DNA of 63,042 bases, filler included, from an uncultured bacterium (lineage in GTDB: Bacteria > Latescibacterota > UBA2968), in the NCBI GenBank assembly GCA_964471275.1. It is 16 parts of 16 records of this genome, joined end to end, with 100 filler letters (N's around TTAATTAATTAA, not from the genome) between each part and the next. Parts side by side here need not be neighbours in the genome. Positions count along the whole stretch, not along the records: positions 20,942 to 24,918 come from CAYYGZ010000324.1; positions 25,019 to 28,950 come from CAYYGZ010000325.1; positions 29,051 to 32,896 come from CAYYGZ010000327.1; 13 more parts are not named here. One strand, 5' to 3'. Shown piece by piece: positions 21,263 through 31,891 of this stretch. Every line of letters begins with the position of its first letter. Positions within the stretch are counted from its first letter, which is position 1. The translations under genes and the position numbers were made by a program. The notes under the pieces were generated by a model. It searched no databases. It was not told where the DNA came from and worked only from the letters and a program-made list of their open reading frames with translations.

Positions 21263-22210
21263 ATGCCCTACACAGTTATGATGAGTAATATGCCTGCCTC
21301 AAACATCCTGGGGATGATCGGTGGTCAATGCACGGTCAGCATCTGGCCCGAAGATGGGCCGACCGATGATCAACTCGGCCCGCTGGAGGGGTTCTATACA
21401 TATGGGCATATGCCGGTTGATGGCACCCTGATGGACAGGATGCCGAACCTGAAGGTTATCAGCCATTTCGGGGCCGGAGTGGACCACATCAACCTTCAGG
21501 ATGCTGCTGACCGGGGCATTCCGGTTGGAAATACGCCGAATATCCTGAATGGCACCACCGCAGACATGACATTCGCCCTACTGCTTGCTGGGGCCCGAAA
21601 TCTGGTCATTGGCGATAGATACGCCCGGAGCCCAGAGTTTACGTCGTTCGATCCGAGCATTCTTCACGGCCAGGAGATACACGGCGCCACAATCGGGATC
21701 ATTGGAATGGGCAAGATCGGAATGGAGGTCGCACGCAGGGCAACCGCCTTCAGCATGCAGATTCTATACCACAACCGGAACCGGAATCCTCAGGCAGAGA
21801 AGGAGCTCGGTGCGGAATACCGATCCCTCCCTGAACTCCTGGCTGATAGTGACTTCGTGACGCTGAACTGTCCCCTGACAACAGAGACCCAAAATCTTAT
21901 CGGCGAACACGAGCTCAGCCTCATGAAGAAGACTGCGGTTCTCGTGAATGTTGCACGAGGCGGTGTGATCGATCACAAGGCGCTGGTCCAAGCCCTGCGG
22001 GAAGATCGGATCGCTTGCGCGACTCTCGATGTTACGGAGCCGGAACCACTGCCGCGCGATCATCCTCTTCTGACGCTGAAGAACGTGATCTTCACGCCAC
22101 ACCTGGGCAGCGCCACACAACAGACGCGGGAGAAGATGGCTCAGATGTCGGTGGACAACCTCTTAGCCGGACTCTCAGGCAAACCGCTACCCTCACAGGT
22201 CACAGCCTGA
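21263..22210 (+). CDS. D-2-hydroxyacid dehydrogenase (glyoxylate reductase/D-glycerate dehydrogenase family)
   Basis: GAGVDHI, GIIGMGKIG, NVARGGV, LDVTEPEP, PHLGS; AGGAGAG RBS before ATG 21263. Confidence 0.92.
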   Translation: MPYTVMMSNMPASNILGMIGGQCTVSIWPEDGPTDDQLGPLEGFYTYGHMPVDGTLMDRMPNLKVISHFGAGVDHINLQDAADRGIPVGNTPNILNGTTADMTFALLLAGARNLVIGDRYARSPEFTSFDPSILHGQEIHGATIGIIGMGKIGMEVARRATAFSMQILYHNRNRNPQAEKELGAEYRSLPELLADSDFVTLNCPLTTETQNLIGEHELSLMKKTAVLVNVARGGVIDHKALVQALREDRIACATLDVTEPEPLPRDHPLLTLKNVIFTPHLGSATQQTREKMAQMSVDNLLAGLSGKPLPSQVTA

Positions 22211-22216
22211 CGTGGA

Positions 22217-23245
22217 CTAGATCCCCACGCTTCTTCCCGCAGATTCCAGATCTTCACAGGCCTGGACCACACGGTCTGCCATGCCCGATCTTCCCGCTTT
22301 CAACCAGCCTCTCGGGTCGTAGGCCTTCTTGACACCGACCTCACTGTCGATTTTCAGGACCTGGTCGTAATGCTTCATCATATGATCCACGATCGGACGC
22401 GTGAAGGCATATTGGGTGTCAGTATCCACGTTCATCTTGATAACGCCATAATCCAGTGTTTCGTGGATGTCCGATAGATCCGAACCCGATCCACCGTGAA
22501 AGACGAACCAGAACCTGGCCGAGTCACCGTGCGTCTCTACGACAGCATCCTGACCCTTGCGCAGGATGGATGGGGTCAATTTGACGTTTCCCGGCTTGTA
22601 TACACCGTGGACGTTTCCGAATGTTGCGGCGAACATGTATCGGGCGCCCTTCACCGCGCTCAGCGCGCCGTGGACAACCAACATGTCATCCGGCGTCGTA
22701 TAGAGCTTCTCCTTTGCCACGTCCTCGCGATTCAACCCCTCCTCTTCGCCCCCAACGACTCCCGCTTCAACCTCCAGAATCAGGTCGTTATCCTGACACA
22801 TCTGCAGGAGTGGAACGGCGTGTGCCATGTTCGCTTCAAGTGGCAGATCACTCCCGTCATACTTGTGTTAACTGAATAGATTGGGCTGCCCTTTCGATCG
22901 TCTCCTCGAAGTCTCCGCGATGAGTGGTTCCAAAAAATCGTCTATGTGATCAGTTGTGCAGTGATCCGTGTGCAGGGCAATGTTGATGTCATATCGTTCA
23001 GCTGCGCGATGGGCGTGCTCTGCAAGCGTGATCGATCCGAGTATCGAATCACCCAGATCTCCCGATGAGTGCGTCCCGGCACCGATCGACACCTGGACGA
23101 TACCGTCGCTCTTTGCTTTCGCGAGCCCTTCGATCGCCGCGTTCACCGTATCGATTGTGCTGATGTTGATCGCCGGGTAGGCAAAGCGCTCTCGATGCGC
23201 GCGATCTAGCATCTCGCAATACTGCGTATAATTCACAATGGGCAT
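22217..23245 (-). pseudogene. fbaA: Class II fructose-bisphosphate aldolase with in-frame TAA at 22868-22870 (pseudogene or sequencing error)
   Basis: Two in-frame ORFs join as LHTDHC...PNLFS*HKYDGS...GNVHGVYKPG...FHGGSGS...KMNVDTD. Confidence 0.88.
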
Positions 23246-23265
23246 ACATCCTCCTTGCCCGGCAT

Positions 23266-24087
23266 TCAGGGCCACCGGGTTTCGAAAGCGTCCGTCCCGT
23301 CACCGTAGACCAGGTCGCCATACCGAGACCAGTCGGCCTTCTCAGAATCGGACATCACAGCTTCTTCGACTAGACCTAGATTTTCATTCAATTCGGCTAG
23401 GCTTGCGGGTGCCGTCAACGCTACCTCTACGGCGGCGTGGGACAGCGCGAATCGGTAACAGTCTTTGGCTGTGGGAGCGGGCCCTCCCCAGTCCTGATGA
23501 CCCTTCGGCAGTGATCCCCACCTGGTGCACGTAAACGCTACGACCGGCACACCTGCAGCCTCAGCCCGGGGTAGAACCGTCGCCTCGGATCTCCGATGCG
23601 CCATATTGTAGCGATGCATCAGAACGTCTACCTGACCGGTTTCTGCGAGACGTGCTGCCAGTGCGCGATCGTGAGCACTCGCTCCGACGTATCGAATGAT
23701 TCCAGACTCCTTCCATTGGGCAACCTCCGCCAGCGCTCTGTCGATGTCTTCCGCTGGTTCACCGGGAGCCACATACTCCAGGTAGAATATGTCGAGATAC
23801 TCGGTTCCGAGAGCTTGGAGTGCACCGTCACGCGATTTGACCAGAGAATCCCTGTCTCTGGACTCCTCGCCGGTAGCGACAACAATACCTTCGCGGTGTG
23901 TCTTGCAGAATCTCGACAGCCCCTCCACCATTCCCTTGAAGGCCAGCGAATAGAAGAAGAAGTAGTCTATCCCACAGCGATGGGCCCTATCGATCATCCG
24001 GGGTTCCGTTTCCGTGGTTCCCCCAAATCCCAGCGATCGGACCGGAAGCCCGTCAGCTCGACTCAGTTTGGGCATGCCGCCACTCAC
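23266..24087 (-). CDS. Aldo/keto reductase family protein
   Basis: LGFG, LQALGTEYLDIFYL, GIIRYVGASAH, RYNMAHR. Confidence 0.85.
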   Translation of the reverse strand: MSGGMPKLSRADGLPVRSLGFGGTTETEPRMIDRAHRCGIDYFFFYSLAFKGMVEGLSRFCKTHREGIVVATGEESRDRDSLVKSRDGALQALGTEYLDIFYLEYVAPGEPAEDIDRALAEVAQWKESGIIRYVGASAHDRALAARLAETGQVDVLMHRYNMAHRRSEATVLPRAEAAGVPVVAFTCTRWGSLPKGHQDWGGPAPTAKDCYRFALSHAAVEVALTAPASLAELNENLGLVEEAVMSDSEKADWSRYGDLVYGDGTDAFETRWP

Positions 24088-24918
24088 GTGCCAATCCTGA
24101 TGTGTCGTCCAGACTCACTGGACTCGTAAGCCCCCTCGATCACGCGCGCAACCTGTAAGGCGTCGACGCCGTCAGCTGGCGGCTCGGTATCCCGACGCTC
24201 CGTAGACTCGAGGAATCGATCCAGGAAAGATAGACCGTACGCGCCCCCATATGCATCCACTGTTGGTAGAGAGAAAGAAACCTCGCGAGAGGGCGAATCC
24301 GTCCATTGCGTGCTTTCCGCCAGTAGCTTGACTTCTCCGCCCGCGGGCTCCCAGACAACACGTCCCTCGGTCCCGCGGATCGACATGTAGGTTTCGTAAT
24401 TAGGTCCCATGTAACCGGAACGGCTCAGTGCCAGCTGATACCCGGCCTGCAAGCTGCCGATAAATCCGTCAGCGAACCGTAGCGACAGGGCCGCCACGTC
24501 TTCGACGTCGATCGCCTCCCCACTCAGTGTGTCAACCATGGCAGAGACCGCCGTGATTTCCGAACCGGTCACATACCGGAGAAGGTCCAGGTAGTGGCAG
24601 CCAAGCCAGGACAGTATACCACCACCGGAAACGTCCTTCTTGAACAGCCAGTGAGCCGGGTTTCTGAAGCGGACCTGGGAAGTGATCAGCCGAGCTTCGC
24701 AGCCCGTAATCGCCCCGATCACGCCACTCTGCACAAGTCTGCGCGCCTCCTGGCTGAGCGGGTGGAAACGGTTCTGATACATAACACCCAGTCGTAGCCC
24801 ATTGGCTGAGGCGGCATCGACCACGTGTTCTACCTCTGCAACGGTGGCCCCGATAGGTTTCTCGCTGATTACGTGAATCCCGGATTCGAGAAGTCTTACA
24901 CAGAGTTCCGAATTCTCA
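24084..24918 (-). CDS. Gfo/Idh/MocA oxidoreductase (5' truncated)
   Basis: GIHVISEKP upstream of the called ORF, GGGILSWLGCHYLD, DVED. Confidence 0.9.
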
Positions 24919-25018
24919 NNNNNNNNNNNNNNNNNNNNNNNNNNNNNNNNNNNNNNNNNNNNTTAATTAATTAANNNNNNNNNNNNNNNNNNNNNNNNNN
25001 NNNNNNNNNNNNNNNNNN

Positions 25019-25135
25019 AGGTCCGACCACACAGTTCATTGGGCTACAAACCACCTGCACCCGAAACGGTCTCAGGACCGTTGTCAGCAACTGCATCCTA
25101 ACTCTGGGTGTGGACACATAGATGGGGGCAGGTCA
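25019..25135 (+). mobile_element. IS3-family (IS407-like) transposase C-terminus and right inverted repeat
   Basis: Encodes VRPHSSLGYKPPAPETVSGPLSATAS*, then ...GATGGGGGCAGGTCA terminus. Confidence 0.88.
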
Positions 25136-25163
25136 GAGTGGCCAGGATAGGAAGGAGTATTCC

Positions 25164-26327
25164 GTGAAGGTTTTCTGTCTCGGTGGTGCAGGCAAGATCT
25201 GCGGCGAGGCCGTCAGAGATCTGGCAGAATATTCGGACGTGGACAGGATTACCATCGGAGATCCGAATGCCGATGCGGCACGTATCCTGATCGATGATCT
25301 GGGGGACGATCGTCTCGACTATGTGGACATCGATGTCACCGATACAGAACGGGCGGTCTCCATCCTGGAGGGATACGACGTGGTGATGGATGGGACGACC
25401 ATCACGCTCAACGGGTTTTCGACCGAGTGTATCGCGAAGGCCGGATGCCACGGCATCAACTTGAACGGGTTCGGTGCGGAGTATCCGTTTGACGGTCTGT
25501 TCAGACAGAACAACAGGATTCACGTACCCGGGTTCGGAATGACGCCTGGCACCACGGATATGATGGTCAGGTTCGCGGCCGACCAGATGGAGGCCGTGGA
25601 GATCGTCCGCGTCAGTCACGGTGCCTTCCGGCCGATCGCATTCTCACCGTCGATAACCGAGACAACGGTCGTCGAATACGATCCGAACCTGGAGGATCGA
25701 GTCGTTTTCGAGGATGGGGAATTCAAGCAGGTTCCTCCGTTTTCGCGGGAGCGTATGATCGATCTTCCGGAACCCTACGGCAGTCATCCGCAGTGGATCA
25801 TTCCTCATTCCGAGACCCGTACTGTCCACGAGTATCTGAAAGACAAAGGCATCCGGCTGATCGAGACGCGAGGAACGTGGCCGCCCAGGAACATGCTGCT
25901 GGTCCGAGCGCTGTATGAGTGGGGGATACTGAACAACGCTCCGATCGATGTCGAGGGAAAGCGGATCGGCGTTATGGATGCGGTGAGCCGGTATCTCCAG
26001 GGCTCGGAGGTTGGTACGACGACGGACCTGTACGGGTATGCGCTGCACGTCGAGGTGGTCGGGACGAAGGAGGGCAAGAAGACGCGGAACATCCTCACGC
26101 ACACTCATCCTGCGTCGGATGGCTCGGTGGCCGGCTGGGAGAAGCTGCGCGCCTATACGCGATGTGTCGGTATCCCGCTGGGAATCGCGACCCACCTGAT
26201 TGCGAAAGGAAGGTCGCAAGGGACGGGAGTTGTGATTCCCGAAAAGGCCTTCGACCCTGGGGAGGTCTTTCGGGAACTCGCAAAGAGACAGATTATGATT
26301 CACGTCGAAGAGGAAGAGCTGGATTGA
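25164..26327 (+). CDS. Saccharopine dehydrogenase family protein
   Basis: LGGAGKI Rossmann motif, GFGMTPG, PHSE, EKAFDP; GTG start with AAGGAG RBS. Confidence 0.88.
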   Translation: MKVFCLGGAGKICGEAVRDLAEYSDVDRITIGDPNADAARILIDDLGDDRLDYVDIDVTDTERAVSILEGYDVVMDGTTITLNGFSTECIAKAGCHGINLNGFGAEYPFDGLFRQNNRIHVPGFGMTPGTTDMMVRFAADQMEAVEIVRVSHGAFRPIAFSPSITETTVVEYDPNLEDRVVFEDGEFKQVPPFSRERMIDLPEPYGSHPQWIIPHSETRTVHEYLKDKGIRLIETRGTWPPRNMLLVRALYEWGILNNAPIDVEGKRIGVMDAVSRYLQGSEVGTTTDLYGYALHVEVVGTKEGKKTRNILTHTHPASDGSVAGWEKLRAYTRCVGIPLGIATHLIAKGRSQGTGVVIPEKAFDPGEVFRELAKRQIMIHVEEEELD

Positions 26328-26344
26328 GAGGATAGATACTGTCG

Positions 26345-27553
26345 ATGAGAACGGTCTACCCAGTTGGTACGACGCTCTACACCCCCGACCGCTGCTTCAA
26401 TGGCTACACGATCATCTTTGGCGGTCTTGGTGTGAAGCTCGTGGACATGAACGGACGCATCGTGCACGCCTGGCGGCTGGACACGACCCTGCACAGTCAC
26501 GGCACAGACCGCGCCCATCTGCTCGATAACGGCCACGTGCTGGTGTCGCGCGGGGGGATGGCGTCGACAGACGGCACGATCGACGAATATGACTGGGATG
26601 GTGATCTGGTCTGGCAGTTCATCCCTGAAGGCAGGATCCCGCACCGGAGATTGATGGGGCCGCATCACGATGTGTGGCGGAAGGAGAATGGCGATACACT
26701 TCTAATCTGTCGCGAAGCGGTTCCGGACGAGCATCTGGAGGAGGTCCGAAATCCTCTCTGGCAGAATCAGACGATCTGTGGCGATACGATTCTGGAGGTC
26801 GACACCGAGGGTGAGGTCGTCTGGGAGTGGACCAGTCACGGCCATCTGGACATCAACCACTATCGGCTACTGGCAAGCCCGGAGTGGTTTGCCGGCCCCG
26901 ACAACAGCACGGTCGTGGACTGGACGCACGTAAACACAGTTCGAGATCTACCCGAGAACAAGTGGTATGATCAGGGGGATCGGCGTTTCAAACCCGGAAA
27001 TGTGATCATCAGCCCCCGGCAGCTGGATACCGTCTACATCATCGAGCGGGACACCGGGGAGATCGTGTGGGAGTACGGCGGTGACTATTTCGGCGGGCTA
27101 TTGGGACAGCACGAGCCCTATATGATTCCGAAGGGATACCCCGGAGAGGGCAACGTCATGATATTCGACAACGGCGCCTCACCCTGGAAGGACCTCGGTC
27201 ACGCCGGCATGAGCTATGTTCTGGAAGTGAATCCGATGACGAAGGACCTCGTATGGGTCTACGATGACAAGCTGCGTTTCCACTCGACCTACACTTCCAG
27301 TGCGCAACGCCTCATCAACGGCAACACTCTGATCTGCGAGTCAGCCGCGAAGCGGGTCTTTGAGGTGACCCCCGAGGGTGAGACGGTGTGGGAATACGTA
27401 GGGTGCGGGCCACGCGCCTACCGCTACGCCTATGACTACTGTCCCCAAACTGCCGCATTGGGTCCGCCCACGCATGTCTCGGTGACGCCGCCGGAAGAGC
27501 TGCGGATTCCTCCCGACGCACCGCTGTCGTCAAGGTCGCGTTCGAGAGTCTGA
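26345..27553 (+). CDS. Aryl-sulfate sulfotransferase (ASST) family protein
   Basis: HHD, DWTHVN, GQH, FDNG, SSAQRL.NGNTLICE; no signal peptide evident. Confidence 0.85.
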   Translation: MRTVYPVGTTLYTPDRCFNGYTIIFGGLGVKLVDMNGRIVHAWRLDTTLHSHGTDRAHLLDNGHVLVSRGGMASTDGTIDEYDWDGDLVWQFIPEGRIPHRRLMGPHHDVWRKENGDTLLICREAVPDEHLEEVRNPLWQNQTICGDTILEVDTEGEVVWEWTSHGHLDINHYRLLASPEWFAGPDNSTVVDWTHVNTVRDLPENKWYDQGDRRFKPGNVIISPRQLDTVYIIERDTGEIVWEYGGDYFGGLLGQHEPYMIPKGYPGEGNVMIFDNGASPWKDLGHAGMSYVLEVNPMTKDLVWVYDDKLRFHSTYTSSAQRLINGNTLICESAAKRVFEVTPEGETVWEYVGCGPRAYRYAYDYCPQTAALGPPTHVSVTPPEELRIPPDAPLSSRSRSRV

Positions 27554-27870
27554 CCGGTAAACAGTCTGGGTATTGACGGGGTCTTTCCTGGATGATTCAT
27601 GAATTGCCGACAATGGCTGTTGGCCTTCGGCCGAAAGGTCCGTGTGCACAAGGCTTTCGGCCCGAAAGGATTCCTCGCCTCGCGCTATTCTCGATGCTGA
27701 GGGAGTTGCGGTCACAGGTCGCGATTTGCCACTTCAGGGCCGTGTGTGTTTGCTCCCTCGGAATAACGTTGGTCGGTTTTGTGAATCGCTCAGGCTGACT
27801 TGCGAGAGTGGGTTGTCCCCCGCGAGGGGTGGCCGCAGTCGGCGTTGAAGGAGGATGAGTTTTGGGTTCG

Positions 27871-28950
27871 ATGACATCCAGGGAGCGAATCTGTGCGGCT
27901 ATGCGCGACGAGGACGTCGACCATCTGCCGTGTTCCATCTATTTCAACAGCAATCTGAGAGTTGATGGGTATGATTGTTCCCGTCTCGAGAACAGAATCG
28001 CTCTGAGCATCGATCTTGACGTGGATGCCTTTGTGGGTGTCGGTATGGGGTCCTCCGTGCATCCGGATGTGCGCATCTCGAACTGGGTAGAAGAGGTCGA
28101 TGGGGAGAAGCACCCCCTCCTGTGGCAGGCCTGGGATACACCGGACGGCAGGCTAACGCAGGCGATTCGGAAGGAACTGATCTGTGAAGATTGGGAGACG
28201 ATTCGATGGGGAGACGAATCCGCCAGCTCGCTATACAAGCCGCTTATCGAGAGTTGCGAGGATATCCAGCTGTTCCAGTATCTCGTGCAGCCGACCACAG
28301 AGGAAGATTTTGCGGATCACGTCAGCGGGCAAGAGAGAACACTCGAAGCCGCAAGAGCCCACGATCTACCGGTCGTCGCCACATATGGCCAGGGCCTGGC
28401 AAAGCTCATCTTTACTCTGGGAGCCGAGAATTCCGTTCTCCTCGCGATGGATGACCCGGACGGTTTTGCTCAGCTTGCGGAGGTTATTCATCAAAGCGAG
28501 ATGCGCAATATCGAGCTGGCCGCTCGAGGGAATGTCGACATCCTCAAGCGTTTTGGCGGCTATGAAATGTGCAACTTCTACAACCCACACCTATACGAGA
28601 CGGTCTGCTTGCCGCGGTTGAAGGCGGAGGTCGAATACGCCCACGATCTGGGACTTCTCATCTTCTATCGGGTGGTAACCGGGATGGAGCCTTTGTTGGG
28701 GATGATCAGCGATATCGGCTTCGACTGCATCGAGGGGGGGGAGCCGCATCTGAGCCAGTGTTCTCTGGTAGACTGGCACGACGCACTGTCAGGCAAGGCA
28801 TCTTCCTGGACTGGAATCAGCACGCCGGTGCTGCTGGGAGGGAGTGATCCGGACGTTGTGCGGCAGGAAGTGCGTCACAGCATCGATGTCTTTGGCAGGA
28901 GAGGATTCATTCTGGGAGCGTCCAACAGCGTACGGAATCACTTCCCGTGG
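27871..28950 (+). CDS. Uroporphyrinogen decarboxylase/MtaA-like family protein; C-terminus continues at 55612..55676 (minus)
   Basis: MTSRERI.AA....VDHLP N-terminus, GFILG C-terminus; GAAGGAGGA RBS. Confidence 0.8.
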
Positions 28951-29050
28951 NNNNNNNNNNNNNNNNNNNNNNNNNNNNNNNNNNNNNNNNNNNNTTAATT
29001 AATTAANNNNNNNNNNNNNNNNNNNNNNNNNNNNNNNNNNNNNNNNNNNN

Positions 29051-29537
29051 CTTTTCCATATCCTGAAGGGCCGTTCGCATCCGCTCCATTTCTTCCGTGC
29101 TTTCCTCGACCATCATCGCGAGCATGTCAGCAAATGCTCGGTTCTTGCGGATCAGGTCGTAATGCTCAAGCGCACGTTGGACGGTTAGCGTTAAGTTGTT
29201 ATTATTCCAGATCTTGGTGATGAATTTATAGACTTGAGCCCTGTTGATTGCGTCTACGGCAACCTGAAGATCGCCGTGTGCCGTCAGCAGGATCCTCATC
29301 GACGTCGGGCATATTTCCAGCGTTTCCGACAGAAACTCGATGCCGTTCACGCTGGGCATCTGGTAATCCGCCGAAAGTAGATCCGGGGTAATCTCCGGTA
29401 TCGATCGATTTCAGCATCCCCAGCGCGGCGGCACCGTCGAAAGCCTGACTGATGTTGTAGCCTCGACTTGTAAAGAGCTCACCGAGGATGAGCCGGACAT
29501 CGTTTTCGTCATCAACGATGAGGACGTGGTGTGCCAT
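29051..29537 (-). pseudogene. Response regulator receiver protein, frameshifted near 29385-29388 and 3' truncated
   Basis: VLIVDDE frame shifts to DLLSADYQMPSVNG...ILLTAH...KFITK; removing one base of the C4 run restores the frame. Confidence 0.78.
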
Positions 29538-29642
29538 CTTCTCAGCTTTCGTGAATCACGTTGTGGGGACTCACTCGTTGGGCAAGATAACCGTTTGTGG
29601 AATACGACAAAACCGACGTCACCAGAACTGTAGAGGTCTGAA

Positions 29643-30998
29643 TTGGAAGTAGAGATCACAGGAATCGTACCGGGTGGGGTTGGCTATACTGACCTGGAAG
29701 GGGAGCGTGTTCACGTCAGGGAGACGCTGCCGGGTGATCGTGTTACGATCGGGAAGCGGAGGCGTTGGCGCGGACGCGTCTGGGCCGAGAAGATCGGTCT
29801 GGTTGGTCGGAAGCAGGCAACTCGTGATGCCCCTTGTAAACACTTCGGGATGTGCGGCGGATGTGACTGGATGGATGTGGCCTATCCGGACCAGCTCAAG
29901 TTCAAACAGATGATGGTGGTGGAAGCTTTCCGCACGGCAGGCCTGTCACCAATGATCCACGACATCGCTTCCTCTCCCGAGGAGTTTCGTTACCGGAATC
30001 GGGTTGATTTCTCGTTTGGGAATGGTGATGGCGGCCCGGTCATCGGTTTGTATGAGCGAGGCGATCCACGGAGCCGGACGTCCGAACTCCCGCCCGTTTG
30101 TGAGGTCGCGGATTGCTGGCTTGTATCGGTCGCCATGAACCGCGTGAAGCAGATCTTGCAGAACTTCCTGGCGGGGACGAACCTGCGAGCCTACAATCCG
30201 GTCTCCCGGTCCGGAGTCCTGAGGTCACTGGATGTGCGGTCATCCCGCGGGGGAGATCTGTCGGTTCAACTGTCCGTCGCGAACGAGAAACATCTTCCTG
30301 TGGAGTCGCTTGTGACGGCGCTGAAGACCTGCGAGCAACCGGCTGCCCATTTCAGAGTGTGTGTGGGAAGATCACGCTCGAGACACGCGCCTCCGAAACG
30401 AGAGATGAATCTGTTTGGCGAGAGCAGGCAGAGCGCTACCCTCCTTGGACACGACATTTCCTTCTCTGCCGCCGTGTTCAGCCAGATAAATCCATACCAA
30501 CTTGACCACCTCTACCGACTTGCTTTGTCGCTTGCCCAGCCGGAATCTACTGACCGCATCCTTGATCTCTACTGTGGGGTAGGGGCACTGACGATCCCGA
30601 TTGCCGCGAACGTACAGGAAGCGATGGGTGTCGAAGCCAGTCAGCAGGCAGTCGAGGACGCACGGCTGAATGCAGACACGAATGGTCTGACGGGATGCCG
30701 GTTTGTGTGTGCCGATGCGGCAGATGTCGGTCAATGGGGCCAGCCCAGAAACCGGTTCAGCCTGGTGACGGTCAACCCGCCACGAACCGGCGTGGATCCT
30801 GCCGTGATCGAAGGGATTGCATCGACGCGGGCGGATCGAGTGGTATATGTCTCCTGCAACCCGGAGACGCTCGCGAGAGACTGTGCGCGCCTTACCGCAC
30901 ACGCCTATCGAATCACGGATGTGTACCCGGTAGATATGTTTCCACAGACGACACACGTGGAATCGGTAGCAAGACTGGTGCGTGTGTCCGAGGGATGA
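29643..30998 (+). CDS. rlmD: 23S rRNA (uracil-5-)-methyltransferase
   Basis: TRAM domain, CKHFGMCGGC Fe-S motif, FSQIN, DLYCGVG, YVSCNP, DMFPQTTHVE. Confidence 0.9.
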   Translation: MEVEITGIVPGGVGYTDLEGERVHVRETLPGDRVTIGKRRRWRGRVWAEKIGLVGRKQATRDAPCKHFGMCGGCDWMDVAYPDQLKFKQMMVVEAFRTAGLSPMIHDIASSPEEFRYRNRVDFSFGNGDGGPVIGLYERGDPRSRTSELPPVCEVADCWLVSVAMNRVKQILQNFLAGTNLRAYNPVSRSGVLRSLDVRSSRGGDLSVQLSVANEKHLPVESLVTALKTCEQPAAHFRVCVGRSRSRHAPPKREMNLFGESRQSATLLGHDISFSAAVFSQINPYQLDHLYRLALSLAQPESTDRILDLYCGVGALTIPIAANVQEAMGVEASQQAVEDARLNADTNGLTGCRFVCADAADVGQWGQPRNRFSLVTVNPPRTGVDPAVIEGIASTRADRVVYVSCNPETLARDCARLTAHAYRITDVYPVDMFPQTTHVESVARLVRVSEG

Positions 30999-31162
30999 GC
31001 GTCAACCGTTCGGGTTCTGGGACGGTGCGGCGGAATTGCTTCTGCTCGGGTAAGTGATGATTCTGGGCGGATGATCCTGCGGATGTGATGCACGGGCTGG
31101 TTGCGGCAGATGATCTGGCGATCGACTTCGCAAAACGACCGGGGGAGGTGGCCGGAGTCGAC

Positions 31163-31780
31163 TTACTCTTCCTCCTCCTCTCCCTGCCTCTCTTCCTTGC
31201 CGGACCCAGAACTGCCGAGCGGTTTCAAGTCGGGCTCCCCGTCCCTGATCGACTTGATCTTCAGATCCCCTTCCTCTCGCAGATCGATGTTGGCGGGGTC
31301 GACACGCTCGCCGGTCGCGTCTGTCAGCAGTTGGATCTGGGGTCGATCCAGTTTTGCGTCATCGACTTCGACAACAACCCCTTCATATCCTTCATGGTCC
31401 CGGTTCAGCATCTTGATGCACGTCCCGATCGGGTGGGGGGCCACCGTTTTCAAGAAGATGTCCACGACGCGGGTGTTGAGGTGCGTGCCGCTCAGGTCTC
31501 CACCCGGTTCGACGAAACCGCCAGCGATCTTCCGTCCGGCGCGAATGCGGGATCCCCGAAATCTGCACCGTCATCGGCCACGTGGCGGACGCCCGATTCA
31601 TCCGGCTGAATCAGGTAGAGCTGTAGCCGTATCTCATCGGTCACGCCAATGTAGGCAAGACTGCCTCGGGTATCGACGGCACCCGTGGTGCCGGTCAGGG
31701 CGTCGGGGATGCTCTCGCAGACGGAAATCAGGGAGCATAGGACGCAGATCAGAGATGTAGACAGAGGTCTTTTTACATTA
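31163..31780 (-). pseudogene. Chimeric remnant: TolB/PD40-like lipoprotein N-terminus abutting an HD-GYP-associated C-terminal fragment
   Basis: LISVC lipobox-like and DPAFAPDGRSLAVSSNR, then in another frame SGTHLNTRVVDIFLKTVAPHPIG...RPQIQLL...IDL. Confidence 0.55.
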
Positions 31781-31817
31781 CAAGGATACCAGATATTCTT
31801 CTGAAGAGCACCGTGAC

Positions 31818-31846
31818 TTGACATCGGCACCAACAGAGTTTACCGT
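31818..31846 (+). promoter_or_regulatory. Putative sigma70 promoter of epimerase gene
   Basis: TTGACA-N17-TACCGT. Confidence 0.45.
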
Positions 31847-31891
31847 GAAGTTGCATAAACGCCGGTTTATTTAATTGAGAAGAGACTGAGG

